In this document: positions 28,059 through 37,208 of the stretch, in pieces
Position numbering within the stretch: position 1 is the first letter of the stretch
Layout of the letters: each line of letters opens with the position of its first letter
From: Pseudomonadota bacterium
Lineage (GTDB): Bacteria > Desulfobacterota > Desulfobacteria > Desulfobacterales > JBDRRP01
DNA: 64,000 nt
Assembly (NCBI GenBank): GCA_043825735.1
Contig: JBDRRP010000057.1
Coordinates: 1-64,000 of the forward strand
Reading direction: 5' to 3'
Notes under the pieces: generated by a model
Told to the model about the DNA's origin: nothing
What the model saw: the letters and a program-made list of their open reading frames with translations, nothing else
Database searches by the model: none
Translations under genes and position numbers: made by a program

Positions 28059-29188
28059 ACCCCTGCCGGCTTCCGTCGCCCTGCTTTGTGGTGGACGAGG
28101 TCCGACTGGAAGAAAATGCCCGGGTCCTGGACACGGTACGGCGCCGGACCGGGGCGAAAATACTGCTGGCCCTCAAGGGCTTTGCCATGTTCAGTGTCTT
28201 TGCGCGCATCCGCGGCTATCTGGACGGCACCTGCGCCAGCGGCTGGTTCGAGGCCAAACTGGGGCGGGAGAGCTTCGGCGGCGAAGTGCACGTCTACTCT
28301 CCGGCATTCAGCGAACCCGAAATGGCGGATGTGCTGTCGGTGGCCGATCACGTGATCTTCAACAGCTTCGCGCAGCTGCGGCGATTTCTTCCCATGCTCG
28401 AGACCCTTGGGCCTGGCGTGGAACTGGGGATTCGGATCAATCCGGAGCACAGCGAGGGGACCGTGCCCATGTACGACCCCTGCGTGCCGTCCTCACGCCT
28501 GGGGGTGCGCCGACGTGATTTCGATACCGATCTTCTGTGCCGGCTTTCAGGGCTTCACTTCCACACCCTGTGCGAGCAGAACGCCGACGCCCTGGAGCGC
28601 ACCCTGGCGGCGGTGGAAAAAAACTTCCGAGACATGCTCCATGAGCTCAAATGGCTCAACATGGGCGGCGGCCACCACATCACCCGCACCGACTACGATC
28701 TGGACCGGCTCTGCCGGTGCATCGACCGCGTCAGTGAGCGCTACGGCGTGCAGGTATACCTGGAGCCCGGCGAGGCGGTGGCGCTCAATGCCGGTCTGCT
28801 CGTGGCCACGGTGCTGGACGTGGTGCCTGCCGACATGCCCATCGCCATTCTCGACACATCGGCCGCCTGCCATATGCCGGACGTACTGGAGATGCCCTAC
28901 CGGCCGAAAATCATCGGCGCGGCCGATCCGGGCCAAAAGCCGTGGACCTGCCGGCTCGCGGGCAAATCATGCCTGGCGGGCGACATTGTCGGTGAATACG
29001 CTTTCGACGCCCCGCTGGCAGCCGGCGATCGCGTCGCCTTCCTCGACATGGCCATTTACAGCATGGTCAAGACCAACACCTTCAATGGGGTGCCGCTGCC
29101 CGCAATCGCCCGCTACCGTTCGGACACCGGGGAGCTGGCCGTGGTGAAGGAATTCGGCTATGCGGACTTCAAGGGGCGCTTGTCGTGA
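28031..29188 (+). CDS. nspC: Carboxynorspermidine decarboxylase
   Basis: LALKGF, HFHTLCEQ, GGGHHIT, EPGEA, HMPDVLEMPY, MVKTNTFNG. Confidence 0.95.
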   Translation: MDRDYLQRLDPCRLPSPCFVVDEVRLEENARVLDTVRRRTGAKILLALKGFAMFSVFARIRGYLDGTCASGWFEAKLGRESFGGEVHVYSPAFSEPEMADVLSVADHVIFNSFAQLRRFLPMLETLGPGVELGIRINPEHSEGTVPMYDPCVPSSRLGVRRRDFDTDLLCRLSGLHFHTLCEQNADALERTLAAVEKNFRDMLHELKWLNMGGGHHITRTDYDLDRLCRCIDRVSERYGVQVYLEPGEAVALNAGLLVATVLDVVPADMPIAILDTSAACHMPDVLEMPYRPKIIGAADPGQKPWTCRLAGKSCLAGDIVGEYAFDAPLAAGDRVAFLDMAIYSMVKTNTFNGVPLPAIARYRSDTGELAVVKEFGYADFKGRLS

Positions 29189-29395
29189 ATCCCGTTATGC
29201 GCGCGGCATCCCCCACATCCCGTCACGACGCTCCTGCATCGCCACGCTCAATTTCCTAAGGACGCATCCGCATTTTTGCCCGCTCGCTGAAGATGAGCAG
29301 CTCGCAACCGCGCTTGCCATTTTCGGTGTCTGTCGGTAGGCTGCAGCGAGCGTTGGAACAGCATCAACGCCTGCACCAAGGGGCAAGGGGGAAAC

Positions 29396-30268
29396 TTGAG
29401 CGACTGGATGAGTATCGCCGCATCTGACGACTACCAAATACCGATCCTGTGGCGGCCGTGTGCGGCGGCCCCGACGGGTAGTATTCTGATATTGCCGGCG
29501 TTGGGGACCCGGGCCGAATTCTATGAGCCGTTCGCGGCGGCCCTGACTGAACGCGGATATCACGTCGCCGTGATGGAACTGCGGGGCAATGGCAGAAGCG
29601 CGCTGAGGCCATCGCGCCGGGTCGACTGGGGTTATGCCGCCCTCATGGCGGACATGGCCGCGGTGGTCCGCTGGCTCCGTGAGCGGGCGCCGGCGCTTCC
29701 GGTAGTGCCGGTGGGGCACAGTCTGGGCGGGCAACTGGCAGCGGCGGCGGCCGCCATGAACCCCGGGCTTTGTGAAGCCATGGTGCTCGTGGCCAGTGGA
29801 TCTCCTTTCTATGACAATTTTTCCGGTAGCCTTTACTGGCAGCTCTACCTGGGATCCAAGATCACGCCCCTGCTTTCTTCCCTTTACGGGTATTTTCCCG
29901 GGGACCGGCTGGGATTTGGCGGGCGGGAGGCCCGAGGCGTGATGGGCGACTGGCTTCAGTTGGTCGTTTACAATCGGTTTCGGATCGCCGGCATCGAGGC
30001 CGATGTGGAGGGCGCCCTTTCCCGCTATCGCGGCCGGGTGCTGAGCATTCGTTTTGACAAGGACACTCTGGCGCCGGCGAGGGCCATGGCCGCGCTCAAC
30101 CGGAAACTGGCCGGCGCCGATCTGAGCGAAGTGCTTCTCACGGCATCGGCGTTGGGTGGCCGCGCCGGACATTTCGACTGGGGCCGGCAACCGGCAGCCG
30201 TTGTTGACAAGATCGACCAATGGCTGAACCTTCCCGTTAAGGATACTTTTTTGACGCCGCGAGCCTGA
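29396..30268 (+). CDS. Alpha/beta-fold hydrolase
   Basis: RGNGRS, nucleophile motif GHSLGG, GHF. Confidence 0.88.
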   Translation: MSDWMSIAASDDYQIPILWRPCAAAPTGSILILPALGTRAEFYEPFAAALTERGYHVAVMELRGNGRSALRPSRRVDWGYAALMADMAAVVRWLRERAPALPVVPVGHSLGGQLAAAAAAMNPGLCEAMVLVASGSPFYDNFSGSLYWQLYLGSKITPLLSSLYGYFPGDRLGFGGREARGVMGDWLQLVVYNRFRIAGIEADVEGALSRYRGRVLSIRFDKDTLAPARAMAALNRKLAGADLSEVLLTASALGGRAGHFDWGRQPAAVVDKIDQWLNLPVKDTFLTPRA

Positions 30269-30304
30269 AGACGGCGGCAATAGAGAAAAACCATAGTCAA
30301 AGGA

Positions 30305-30712
30305 TTGGAAAACAAAGTGAACCAATTCAAGATCTATCGGATTAAGGATTTTATCCGGAAAAACGCCTCGGGCACCCTGGACCTCGAGCGATCCAAGGCG
30401 CTGGCGCAGGAGTTGGCTCTGGTCGCCAGCATTCATCGGGGTCACAATCTGCTCATCGACCTTCGTGACACCACCGCCGCTTCCGGCGGTCTCATGCAGC
30501 TCATGGAGGTTGTCATGGCATTCACCCGGGCACTGCCCGAGTTTCCGGGAAAGATTGCCAACATCATACCCCCCGGCCCCGAGCGGGAGAACTCGGCCAG
30601 GATGGTCGAATCGCTCATGCAGATGGAGAATTTCGATTACCGGTATTTTACCGATTATGAAGCGGCCACCGGCTGGCTCGCTGACATTGCGACTTTCGGA
30701 GACGGGGAGTAA
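30305..30712 (+). CDS. Hypothetical protein (SpoIIAA-like pattern)
   Basis: LLIDLR..KIA..FTDYEAATGWL. Confidence 0.7.
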   Translation: MENKVNQFKIYRIKDFIRKNASGTLDLERSKALAQELALVASIHRGHNLLIDLRDTTAASGGLMQLMEVVMAFTRALPEFPGKIANIIPPGPERENSARMVESLMQMENFDYRYFTDYEAATGWLADIATFGDGE

Positions 30713-30896
30713 CCCATGGCGCAGGTTCGAAACATCGATGCGCGGGTTAAGGAATACTTGCCGGGTTTGACCGGCATGCGGTTTGTGTCCATCGGCCAGA
30801 CTGAAACCACCGACCAGGACGGCACTCCGGTGGGGATGGTGACCCAGGCCCAGAGGGTCCTGAATGGAAAATGATCATTAGAAGGAGGCATCCGCC

Positions 30897-31523
30897 ATGT
30901 CGCTGGAAGTCTGGATCACCTTTGCCATCGCCGCTGAAATCATTCTCGTCATCCCCGGCCCTACCATTTTGCTGGTGATCAGCCAGGCCATCGCCCACGG
31001 GCGGCGGTCGGTGGTGCCCCTGGTCATCGGGGTGCTGCTGGGCGATTTCACCGCGCTGATTCTGTCAATGATGGGGCTGGGCGCCGTTCTGGCCGCATCG
31101 GCGGCGCTGTTTGCAGTGCTCAAGTGGATCGGGGCCGGTTACCTCTTTTACTTGGGGCTTCGCCTGTGGCGCACCGATCCGCAGAGCGCTCCGGATGCGG
31201 CGGGCGAGCCGGCAGCCAGCGGCAGGACGTTGTTTAAGAGTGCGTTTATCGTCACGGCCCTCAATCCGAAAAGCATCGCTTTTTTCGTGGCCTTTTTGCC
31301 CCAGTTCGTCAATCCGGCGGCACCGCTGCCCCTTCAGCTGGCGATCCTTGGTGCCACCTTTCTCGTGATGGCCACTGTCAATGCAGCGCTTTATGCCGTA
31401 TTTGCCGGCGAACTGCGGAATACCATGAAAAATCCCCGGATGAGACGGTGGTTCGACCGCTGCGGGGGCGGCGCCCTGATCGGTGCCGGCGTGTTGACTG
31501 CGACACTGCGCCAGGGACAATGA
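30897..31523 (+). CDS. LysE family translocator
   Basis: IPGP, LKWIGAGYL, LNPK, FLPQF. Confidence 0.93.
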   Translation: MSLEVWITFAIAAEIILVIPGPTILLVISQAIAHGRRSVVPLVIGVLLGDFTALILSMMGLGAVLAASAALFAVLKWIGAGYLFYLGLRLWRTDPQSAPDAAGEPAASGRTLFKSAFIVTALNPKSIAFFVAFLPQFVNPAAPLPLQLAILGATFLVMATVNAALYAVFAGELRNTMKNPRMRRWFDRCGGGALIGAGVLTATLRQGQ

Positions 31524-31630
31524 TCCGGCTTCGTGAGGTTGACACCACCGGCCGGTTCAGACAATGGCGTTTGACTTTTGCGCGGCGTTAGAAACAGTCC
31601 CTAATCTGTTCTTCAAAGAAAGCGAGGGTC

Positions 31631-32578
31631 ATGAAACGGTTTGCCGCTTCCGGCCTTACCGCCGGGTGCTTGATGATGTTCTTGTCCATTTTTCCGGCGA
31701 TCGCCGCTGAAAAAACCGCCTCCGGCACTGGGCGGTTCCAAGGGCCGCCCGACGGGTGGACGACGTTTGTCCGGGGCGGCGCTGTCCACCAGTTCGACAC
31801 CGATATGGACAGTGGCGGCCGTTTCAGTTCCCGGCGGCTGTATGTTCAAGGCGGCGCCACCTACACCTGGGAGCGGCGGCACAGCGTTTCCCTGGCTCTG
31901 GGATACGGCCATGACCATTACGGGTTTACCGGTGCCGCCGGGTTCGGCGCGTTGGCGCCCTGGGAGGATGTCCACAGCGTGGATGTCTCCATGCCGGTAC
32001 GCTATGGCCTGGACCGCCGCTGGACGGTGTTTGCGGTGCCGTCATTACGATTCAACGGAGAAGACGGCGCGGCCAGCGGCGATGCTGTGACGGCCGGGTT
32101 GCTGGGCGGTGCGGCCTACCGTGTCAGCGACCGGCTGACTATCGGACCGGGCATCGGCGGCGTGTCACAGATCGAAGACCCGGTAGATTTCTTTCCCATA
32201 CTGCTCATCGACTGGCGTATTACCGACACCCTCAGCCTCACCACGGGCCGAGGGGTTGGGGCCACACTGGGGCCGGGGCTTCAACTGGTTTGGGCGCCAG
32301 ACCGGCAGTGGGTGTTGAGCCTGGGCGGTCGCTACGAGCGACTGCGGTTTCGGCTCAACAAACAAGGCCCCGAACCGGAGGGCGTCGGCGAGGATCGGTC
32401 TTTTCCGCTATTCGGGGGGATTACCTACCGCTTCAATCCATCTCTTCAGGTCAGTCTGCTGGGGGGTACGGAGTTGGCCGGGGAACTGCTGCTGGAGGAC
32501 CGGGACGGCAATCTGATACGCAAAACCGATTATGACCCGGCCGGATTTGTGGGGGGCGCCATCAGCCTGCGGTTTTAA
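31631..32578 (+). CDS. Outer-membrane beta-barrel protein
   Basis: Signal peptide, amphipathic strands, C-terminal Phe. Confidence 0.75.
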   Translation: MKRFAASGLTAGCLMMFLSIFPAIAAEKTASGTGRFQGPPDGWTTFVRGGAVHQFDTDMDSGGRFSSRRLYVQGGATYTWERRHSVSLALGYGHDHYGFTGAAGFGALAPWEDVHSVDVSMPVRYGLDRRWTVFAVPSLRFNGEDGAASGDAVTAGLLGGAAYRVSDRLTIGPGIGGVSQIEDPVDFFPILLIDWRITDTLSLTTGRGVGATLGPGLQLVWAPDRQWVLSLGGRYERLRFRLNKQGPEPEGVGEDRSFPLFGGITYRFNPSLQVSLLGGTELAGELLLEDRDGNLIRKTDYDPAGFVGGAISLRF

Positions 32579-32611
32579 CCGGAGGCTTCGGAAACCGGGA
32601 GGGCAGGCGGC

Positions 32612-33025
32612 ATGAGCGCCGAGCAACCGATTGTGGAGATTGCGGACAGCGAGATCACCTGGCATGCCGTGCGCGCCCAGGGAGCGGGCGGGCAGAACGT
32701 CAACAAGGTGGCCACGGCCATCCACCTGCGCTTCGATATCAGGAGCTCTTCGCTGCCGGAGGCGGTGAAAACCCGCCTGCTGGCCATACGGGACCGGCGG
32801 ATCACCCCAGACGGCGTCGTTATCATCAAAGCCCAGCGCCACCGCAGTCAGGAAAAAAACCGGGAGGACGCGCTTGAGCGCCTGAAAACCCTGGTGGCCG
32901 GGGTCTGGAGTGAGCCCACCCGCCGGCGGCCCACCCGTCCCACCCGCGCCTCACGGGAAAAACGGATTCAGCAGAAAAAGCGGCGCAGCCGACTGAAATC
33001 CTTCCGGCGCGGGGAGATGGATTAG
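32612..33025 (+). CDS. arfB: Ribosome rescue peptidyl-tRNA hydrolase ArfB
   Basis: GAGGQNVNKV, RSQEKNR, basic C-terminal tail. Confidence 0.95.
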   Translation: MSAEQPIVEIADSEITWHAVRAQGAGGQNVNKVATAIHLRFDIRSSSLPEAVKTRLLAIRDRRITPDGVVIIKAQRHRSQEKNREDALERLKTLVAGVWSEPTRRRPTRPTRASREKRIQQKKRRSRLKSFRRGEMD

Positions 33026-33033
33026 GCGGAAGG

Positions 33034-33340
33034 GAAATTCAGGGATTTAGGGATTCAGGGATTGAGGGATTTAGGGATTCAGGAATTAGCCCTTCGGGCT
33101 GGTACACGGTACACGGTTTTTCGGCCGCAGGCCGTCATCTGCGCCATCCGCGTAATCTGCGGTTAATCCGCCCTTGCAGTTGCTTTTGGTTTTTCGGATC
33201 TGGTTTTTCTATCGTCTGCCGTCAGGCAGTTCCCGGCCGCAGGCCGCCCACCTATTGGTTTTAATCTGTGTAATCTGAGGATAAACGCGCCTTTCGCGTT
33301 GCTGCCCTCGGCTCCGGGTATCCGGCATCCGATCCCGGCG
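33034..33340. repeat. Mosaic intergenic repeat region
   Basis: (GGGATTNA)x5 with degenerate flanking units, GGTACACx2, two CGGCCGCAGGCCG hairpins, 38-bp inverted copy of 25246-25283. Confidence 0.8.
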
Positions 33341-33342
33341 GA

Positions 33343-34119
33343 TCAGTCGGTGCGGGCCTGGTTGGCCGTGGTGATGGGGTCTGTTGGTGCGGTTTTGGCG
33401 TCGTCGGTGTCGACCAGCCGCTCGAGCAGGCTGCGGAAGGCCGGTCTCAGCGGGTAGTGGGTGGCCGCGGCTTTTTTTTCCAATGCCCGGAGGAAATCAT
33501 AGGGCATCCGGCGTTGGGCGATATTGACCAGCCACGTGGGGATGGCTCCTTTGGGATCCACGAAGAGGATGATGTCCATTTCGGTGCGGCCGCTGCCGGC
33601 CGGTCGCAGCCGGGTCTGCCCGCAGTGCATGACCGCCCGGACCGCGCCTTCCTTTTGGGGGATGTCCTTTCGTTCCACGGAATAGATGTCCACCACCAGG
33701 AACCGGTTGTCGGCATCGAGCCGAAGGGCGTTTTTGAGGATGAGCTCACGGCCGGCAAAGGGCCATGGCAGCTTGTTGATGCTGTAGGTGACCGCTTCCA
33801 GGTCGGAAATATTGTCGATGGTGATTTTATCGACGACGTCGGGCATCCATTGGCCGGCGATTTCCACCTTTCGGAGCACTTCCATGATCTGGTCGATGGG
33901 GGCCGCAAGCACACCGGTGGCACGAAACGCCATGACACCGCTGTCGGCTGTCTTCATGGCGTAGACCGTAAGGCCCTTTTCCCGGAAGGTTTCTGTCCAG
34001 GCCGACAGGTTGGTTTTCGGAACGAAGCCGGTTTCTCTCTCCGCCGCGGCCGACGGTATCCATGCGAGCAGCCAGAAGACCGCCAAAAGAATCGCCGTGT
34101 TAGATTTCGGTGTGGTCAT
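33343..34119 (-). CDS. Exported START-domain lipid-binding protein
   Basis: Signal peptide; LPWPFAGRE, DPKGAIPTWLVN. Confidence 0.85.
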   Translation of the reverse strand: MTTPKSNTAILLAVFWLLAWIPSAAAERETGFVPKTNLSAWTETFREKGLTVYAMKTADSGVMAFRATGVLAAPIDQIMEVLRKVEIAGQWMPDVVDKITIDNISDLEAVTYSINKLPWPFAGRELILKNALRLDADNRFLVVDIYSVERKDIPQKEGAVRAVMHCGQTRLRPAGSGRTEMDIILFVDPKGAIPTWLVNIAQRRMPYDFLRALEKKAAATHYPLRPAFRSLLERLVDTDDAKTAPTDPITTANQARTD

Positions 34120-34349
34120 TGTCCAGTCGCGCCCAGAGGGTATTGTCTGTGCCGGTTTGCGAAACGGAGACGTCGTGTCGATCGGGGTTTCTTTGTGCCA
34201 CAATGAATAGGTAACATATGCGCGCACATTGAAAAGTAAAAGTTTTGTCGCCGTCAGGCCGCCTCTAAATAGTACATCGCCCGGATTGGATCGAACTTTA
34301 TTTCGAAATGCCGGCAGGGTGTATCGGTGGCTTTTGCTGCCGGCAGCAC

Positions 34350-34607
34350 TCAGCCGCAGCAGGACGGGGGCTTTCCTCCGGTGGCCTTGTTGAGGCGGTC
34401 CAGGTAACGGGACCAGAATCCCTTTTTACCCGGAGCCGGCGAGGGCGTCGCTGCGATTTGAGTTTCAAACCGGCGCTTGCAGTCGTCCGAGCAAAAATAC
34501 CGGGTTGTCTCACCGCTGCCGGTGAAAAACCGCGCGGTCGTCAGGTCAATGCTGCGTCCGCATACCGGATCGATTGCCGGGGGCGGATGATCGGCAGAAT
34601 GCGCCAT
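34350..34607 (-). CDS. YHS/TRASH domain small protein
   Basis: DPVCG..YFCSDDC; RBS GGAGG; C-terminal SCCG. Confidence 0.8.
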   Translation of the reverse strand: MAHSADHPPPAIDPVCGRSIDLTTARFFTGSGETTRYFCSDDCKRRFETQIAATPSPAPGKKGFWSRYLDRLNKATGGKPPSCCG

Positions 34608-34652
34608 GTTCGTTCCTCCGTGCGGGGCCGGCGGCATCGCCGGCCCTGTGGC

Positions 34653-34892
34653 TCAACGGCACTCCGGTGGTGTCTGGGTGCAGTGGGTGTTCTTCAGGCG
34701 CTCGGTATACCGTGCCCAGAACCCTTTTTTCGTTTCGGCATCGGCGGCATCGAACTTGCGCCGGCAGTCGTCCGAGCAGAAAAAATGGGTGCCCTTGGCG
34801 TCGGTGACAGTAAACCGTACCTTGCGCGGATCAAAGATTTTACCACAAACGGGGTCCACTGCTGATTCAGGAATCGTCGTTTTCTGTGTCAT
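34653..34892 (-). CDS. YHS/TRASH domain small protein (paralog)
   Basis: DPVCG..FFCSDDC; RBS AGGAGG. Confidence 0.8.
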   Translation of the reverse strand: MTQKTTIPESAVDPVCGKIFDPRKVRFTVTDAKGTHFFCSDDCRRKFDAADAETKKGFWARYTERLKNTHCTQTPPECR

Positions 34893-35039
34893 GCGCCATC
34901 CTCCTTGATTGAGAGCGTTTCTCATCGGTTCGTCATTGCCTGCCTGAACCATGAACCCATCATAATACCGATTCGCGGTTATGCACATTTTGAAAGCCGA
35001 CGTTACCCGAAGCACTGGATGTGGACTACGAAGTGTCGG

Positions 35040-36497
35040 TCAGGCGAGCCCTCCCATGCAGACATATTTAATCTCGAGGTATTCGTCGATGCCGTAGCGG
35101 GAGCCCTCGCGGCCGATACCCGACTGTTTCATGCCGCCGAACGGCGCCTCGACCATGGAAATGATCCCTGTGTTAACCCCGACGATGCCATACTCCAGCG
35201 CCTCTGAGACGCGCCAAGCGCGTCCCAGATCGCGGGTGTAAAAGTAGGCGGCCAGTCCGAACTCGGTGTCGTTGGCCATCCTGACGGCATCGGACTCGGT
35301 GCGGAACCGGAAGACCGGGGCCACCGGGCCGAAGGTTTCCTCCCGGGCAATCAGCATTTGCGGGGTGACGCCGCCCAGCACTGTCGGCTCGAAAAACGTG
35401 CCCCCCAGGGCATGGCGGCAGCCGCCGGTGAGGATGGTGGCCCCTTTTGCCACGGCATCCGCGATATGGGTCTCCACCTTTTCCATGGCGGCCAGGTCGA
35501 TGAGGGGGCCTTGGAGCACCCCGTCGTCAAAGCCGCTGCCCACCGTGAGGCCGGCCACCGCGGCGGACAGTCGCTCGGTGAATGCGCCGTGAATACCGTC
35601 CTGGGCCAGGATGCGGTTGGCGCAGACGCAGGTCTGACCGGCGTTGCGGTATTTGGACGCCAGGGCGCCTTCAACGGCCGCGTCAAGATCGGCATCGTCA
35701 AAGACGATAAACGGCGCATTGCCACCGAGCTCCAGGGAGATGCGTTTGACGGTACCGGCGCATTGGGCCATGAGCCGGCGCCCCACAGCGGTGGAGCCCG
35801 TGAAGCTGAGCTTGCGCACGGCAGGATTGGCGCTCAGCTCGCCGCCGATGACGGCCGCGTCCCCGGTCACCACGTTAAATACCCCTTTGGGGATGCCGGC
35901 TTTCTGAGCCAGTGCGGCCAGCGCCAATGCGGAAAAGGGTGTCTGACTGGCTGGTTTGGCCACCAGGGTGCAGCCGGCTGCCAGGGCCGGTGCGGCTTTT
36001 CGGGTGATCATGGCCGAGGGGAAATTCCAAGGGGTGATGGCGGCGCATACCCCCACCGGTTCTTTGAGTACGACGATGCGGCGGTCGCCCTGGGGGGTGG
36101 GGATCGTGTCGCCGTAGACCCGTTTTCCTTCCTCCGCGAACCATTGAATAAAAGCGGCTGAATAAGCGATTTCTCCCCGGGATTCAGCCAGGGGCTTGCC
36201 CTGTTCGGCCGTCATGATGCAGGCCAGATCCTCCTGGTGGGCCATCACCAGTTGGTACCATTTCATGAGCAGGGCGGAGCGCTCCTTGGCCGGGCGGTTT
36301 CTCCAGTCCCCAGAGGCCGCGGCAGCCGCGAGCACCGCCCGGTGGGTTTCCGCTGCGCCCGCCCAGGGCACGCTGCCCAGGTCGCTGCCGTCGGCCGGGT
36401 TGGTGACCGTGATCGTCTCGCCGCTGTCGGCCGCTTCCCATTCACCATCGATGAGCATGGTGTGCTTCATAAGAGAAGTGTCAAATGGATGCCGCAT
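35040..36497 (-). CDS. gabD: Succinate-semialdehyde dehydrogenase
   Basis: ITPWNFP, FTGST, LELGGNAP, GQTCVC, EETFGP, SGIGREGS. Confidence 0.9.
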   Translation of the reverse strand: MRHPFDTSLMKHTMLIDGEWEAADSGETITVTNPADGSDLGSVPWAGAAETHRAVLAAAAASGDWRNRPAKERSALLMKWYQLVMAHQEDLACIMTAEQGKPLAESRGEIAYSAAFIQWFAEEGKRVYGDTIPTPQGDRRIVVLKEPVGVCAAITPWNFPSAMITRKAAPALAAGCTLVAKPASQTPFSALALAALAQKAGIPKGVFNVVTGDAAVIGGELSANPAVRKLSFTGSTAVGRRLMAQCAGTVKRISLELGGNAPFIVFDDADLDAAVEGALASKYRNAGQTCVCANRILAQDGIHGAFTERLSAAVAGLTVGSGFDDGVLQGPLIDLAAMEKVETHIADAVAKGATILTGGCRHALGGTFFEPTVLGGVTPQMLIAREETFGPVAPVFRFRTESDAVRMANDTEFGLAAYFYTRDLGRAWRVSEALEYGIVGVNTGIISMVEAPFGGMKQSGIGREGSRYGIDEYLEIKYVCMGGLA

Positions 36498-36697
36498 GGA
36501 ATCCCTCCTGTGTGTTCCCGGCACAGCCGGTTTCATTAAAGATTCATGACCCGCATTAATTACTTGGCGATTGTATGGCAAATAAGTAATGAAGAAATAA
36601 ATAATACATTCGTATATTGACATGGAATGGGATGCGTTTATCTTTTTGTCACGAAACACTCATTCACTATTAACCACAGTTTTTCAGGAGGCAAAAA

Positions 36698-37147
36698 ATG
36701 GAACTGGTCAGATGGAATCCCTGGGGTAATCGACTGGCTGTACGCAGCAATTTCGATCGGCTCTTCGATGAGTTTTTTTCAGCACAAGCCCCTGCTGGAG
36801 CGCTCAGCGACAGCCTAACCGGCACCTGGAATCCGGCGGTGGACGTCTTTGAGGAGGATGCCGTCTATGTGATCAAGGCCGAACTGCCGGGCATCGACAA
36901 AAAGGATATCACCCTGGACGTCAGTGACGGCGTCTTGACCCTCAAGGGCGAGCGCAATCACGAGGCCGAGGTGAAAAAAGAAAACTACTATCGCCGCGAG
37001 ATGGTTTACGGCACCTTCCAGCGCTCGTTTCGGCTACCGGTCGACGTTAACGCAGACCTTATCAAGGCCGATTATAAGGACGGTGTGCTGAAGGTGTCCA
37101 TCCCCAAGCCGGAGGAGCGTAAGCCCAAGCAGATTACGGTACACTAA
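36698..37147 (+). CDS. Small heat-shock protein Hsp20
   Basis: PAVDV, AELPG, YGTFQRSF, YKDGVLKVSIPK; RBS AGGAGG. Confidence 0.95.
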   Translation: MELVRWNPWGNRLAVRSNFDRLFDEFFSAQAPAGALSDSLTGTWNPAVDVFEEDAVYVIKAELPGIDKKDITLDVSDGVLTLKGERNHEAEVKKENYYRREMVYGTFQRSFRLPVDVNADLIKADYKDGVLKVSIPKPEERKPKQITVH

Positions 37148-37176
37148 CCTCACGCTGGCAGCGAACGGTTCACATC

Positions 37177-37208
37177 ACCGGAGCCCTGAAAAGGGCTCCG
37201 GTTTTTTT
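37177..37208 (+). terminator. Rho-independent terminator
   Basis: ACCGGAGCCCT-GAAA-AGGGCTCCGGT followed by a T tract. Confidence 0.9.

Noticed and set aside
30716..30874. 52-codon ORF MAQVRNID.. between two genes
   Set aside because: Plausible position but no recognisable motif; unsupported
34350..34655. Selenocysteine read-through at the TGA stops of the YHS genes
   Set aside because: No convincing SECIS or continued homology; TGA is common in GC-rich DNA
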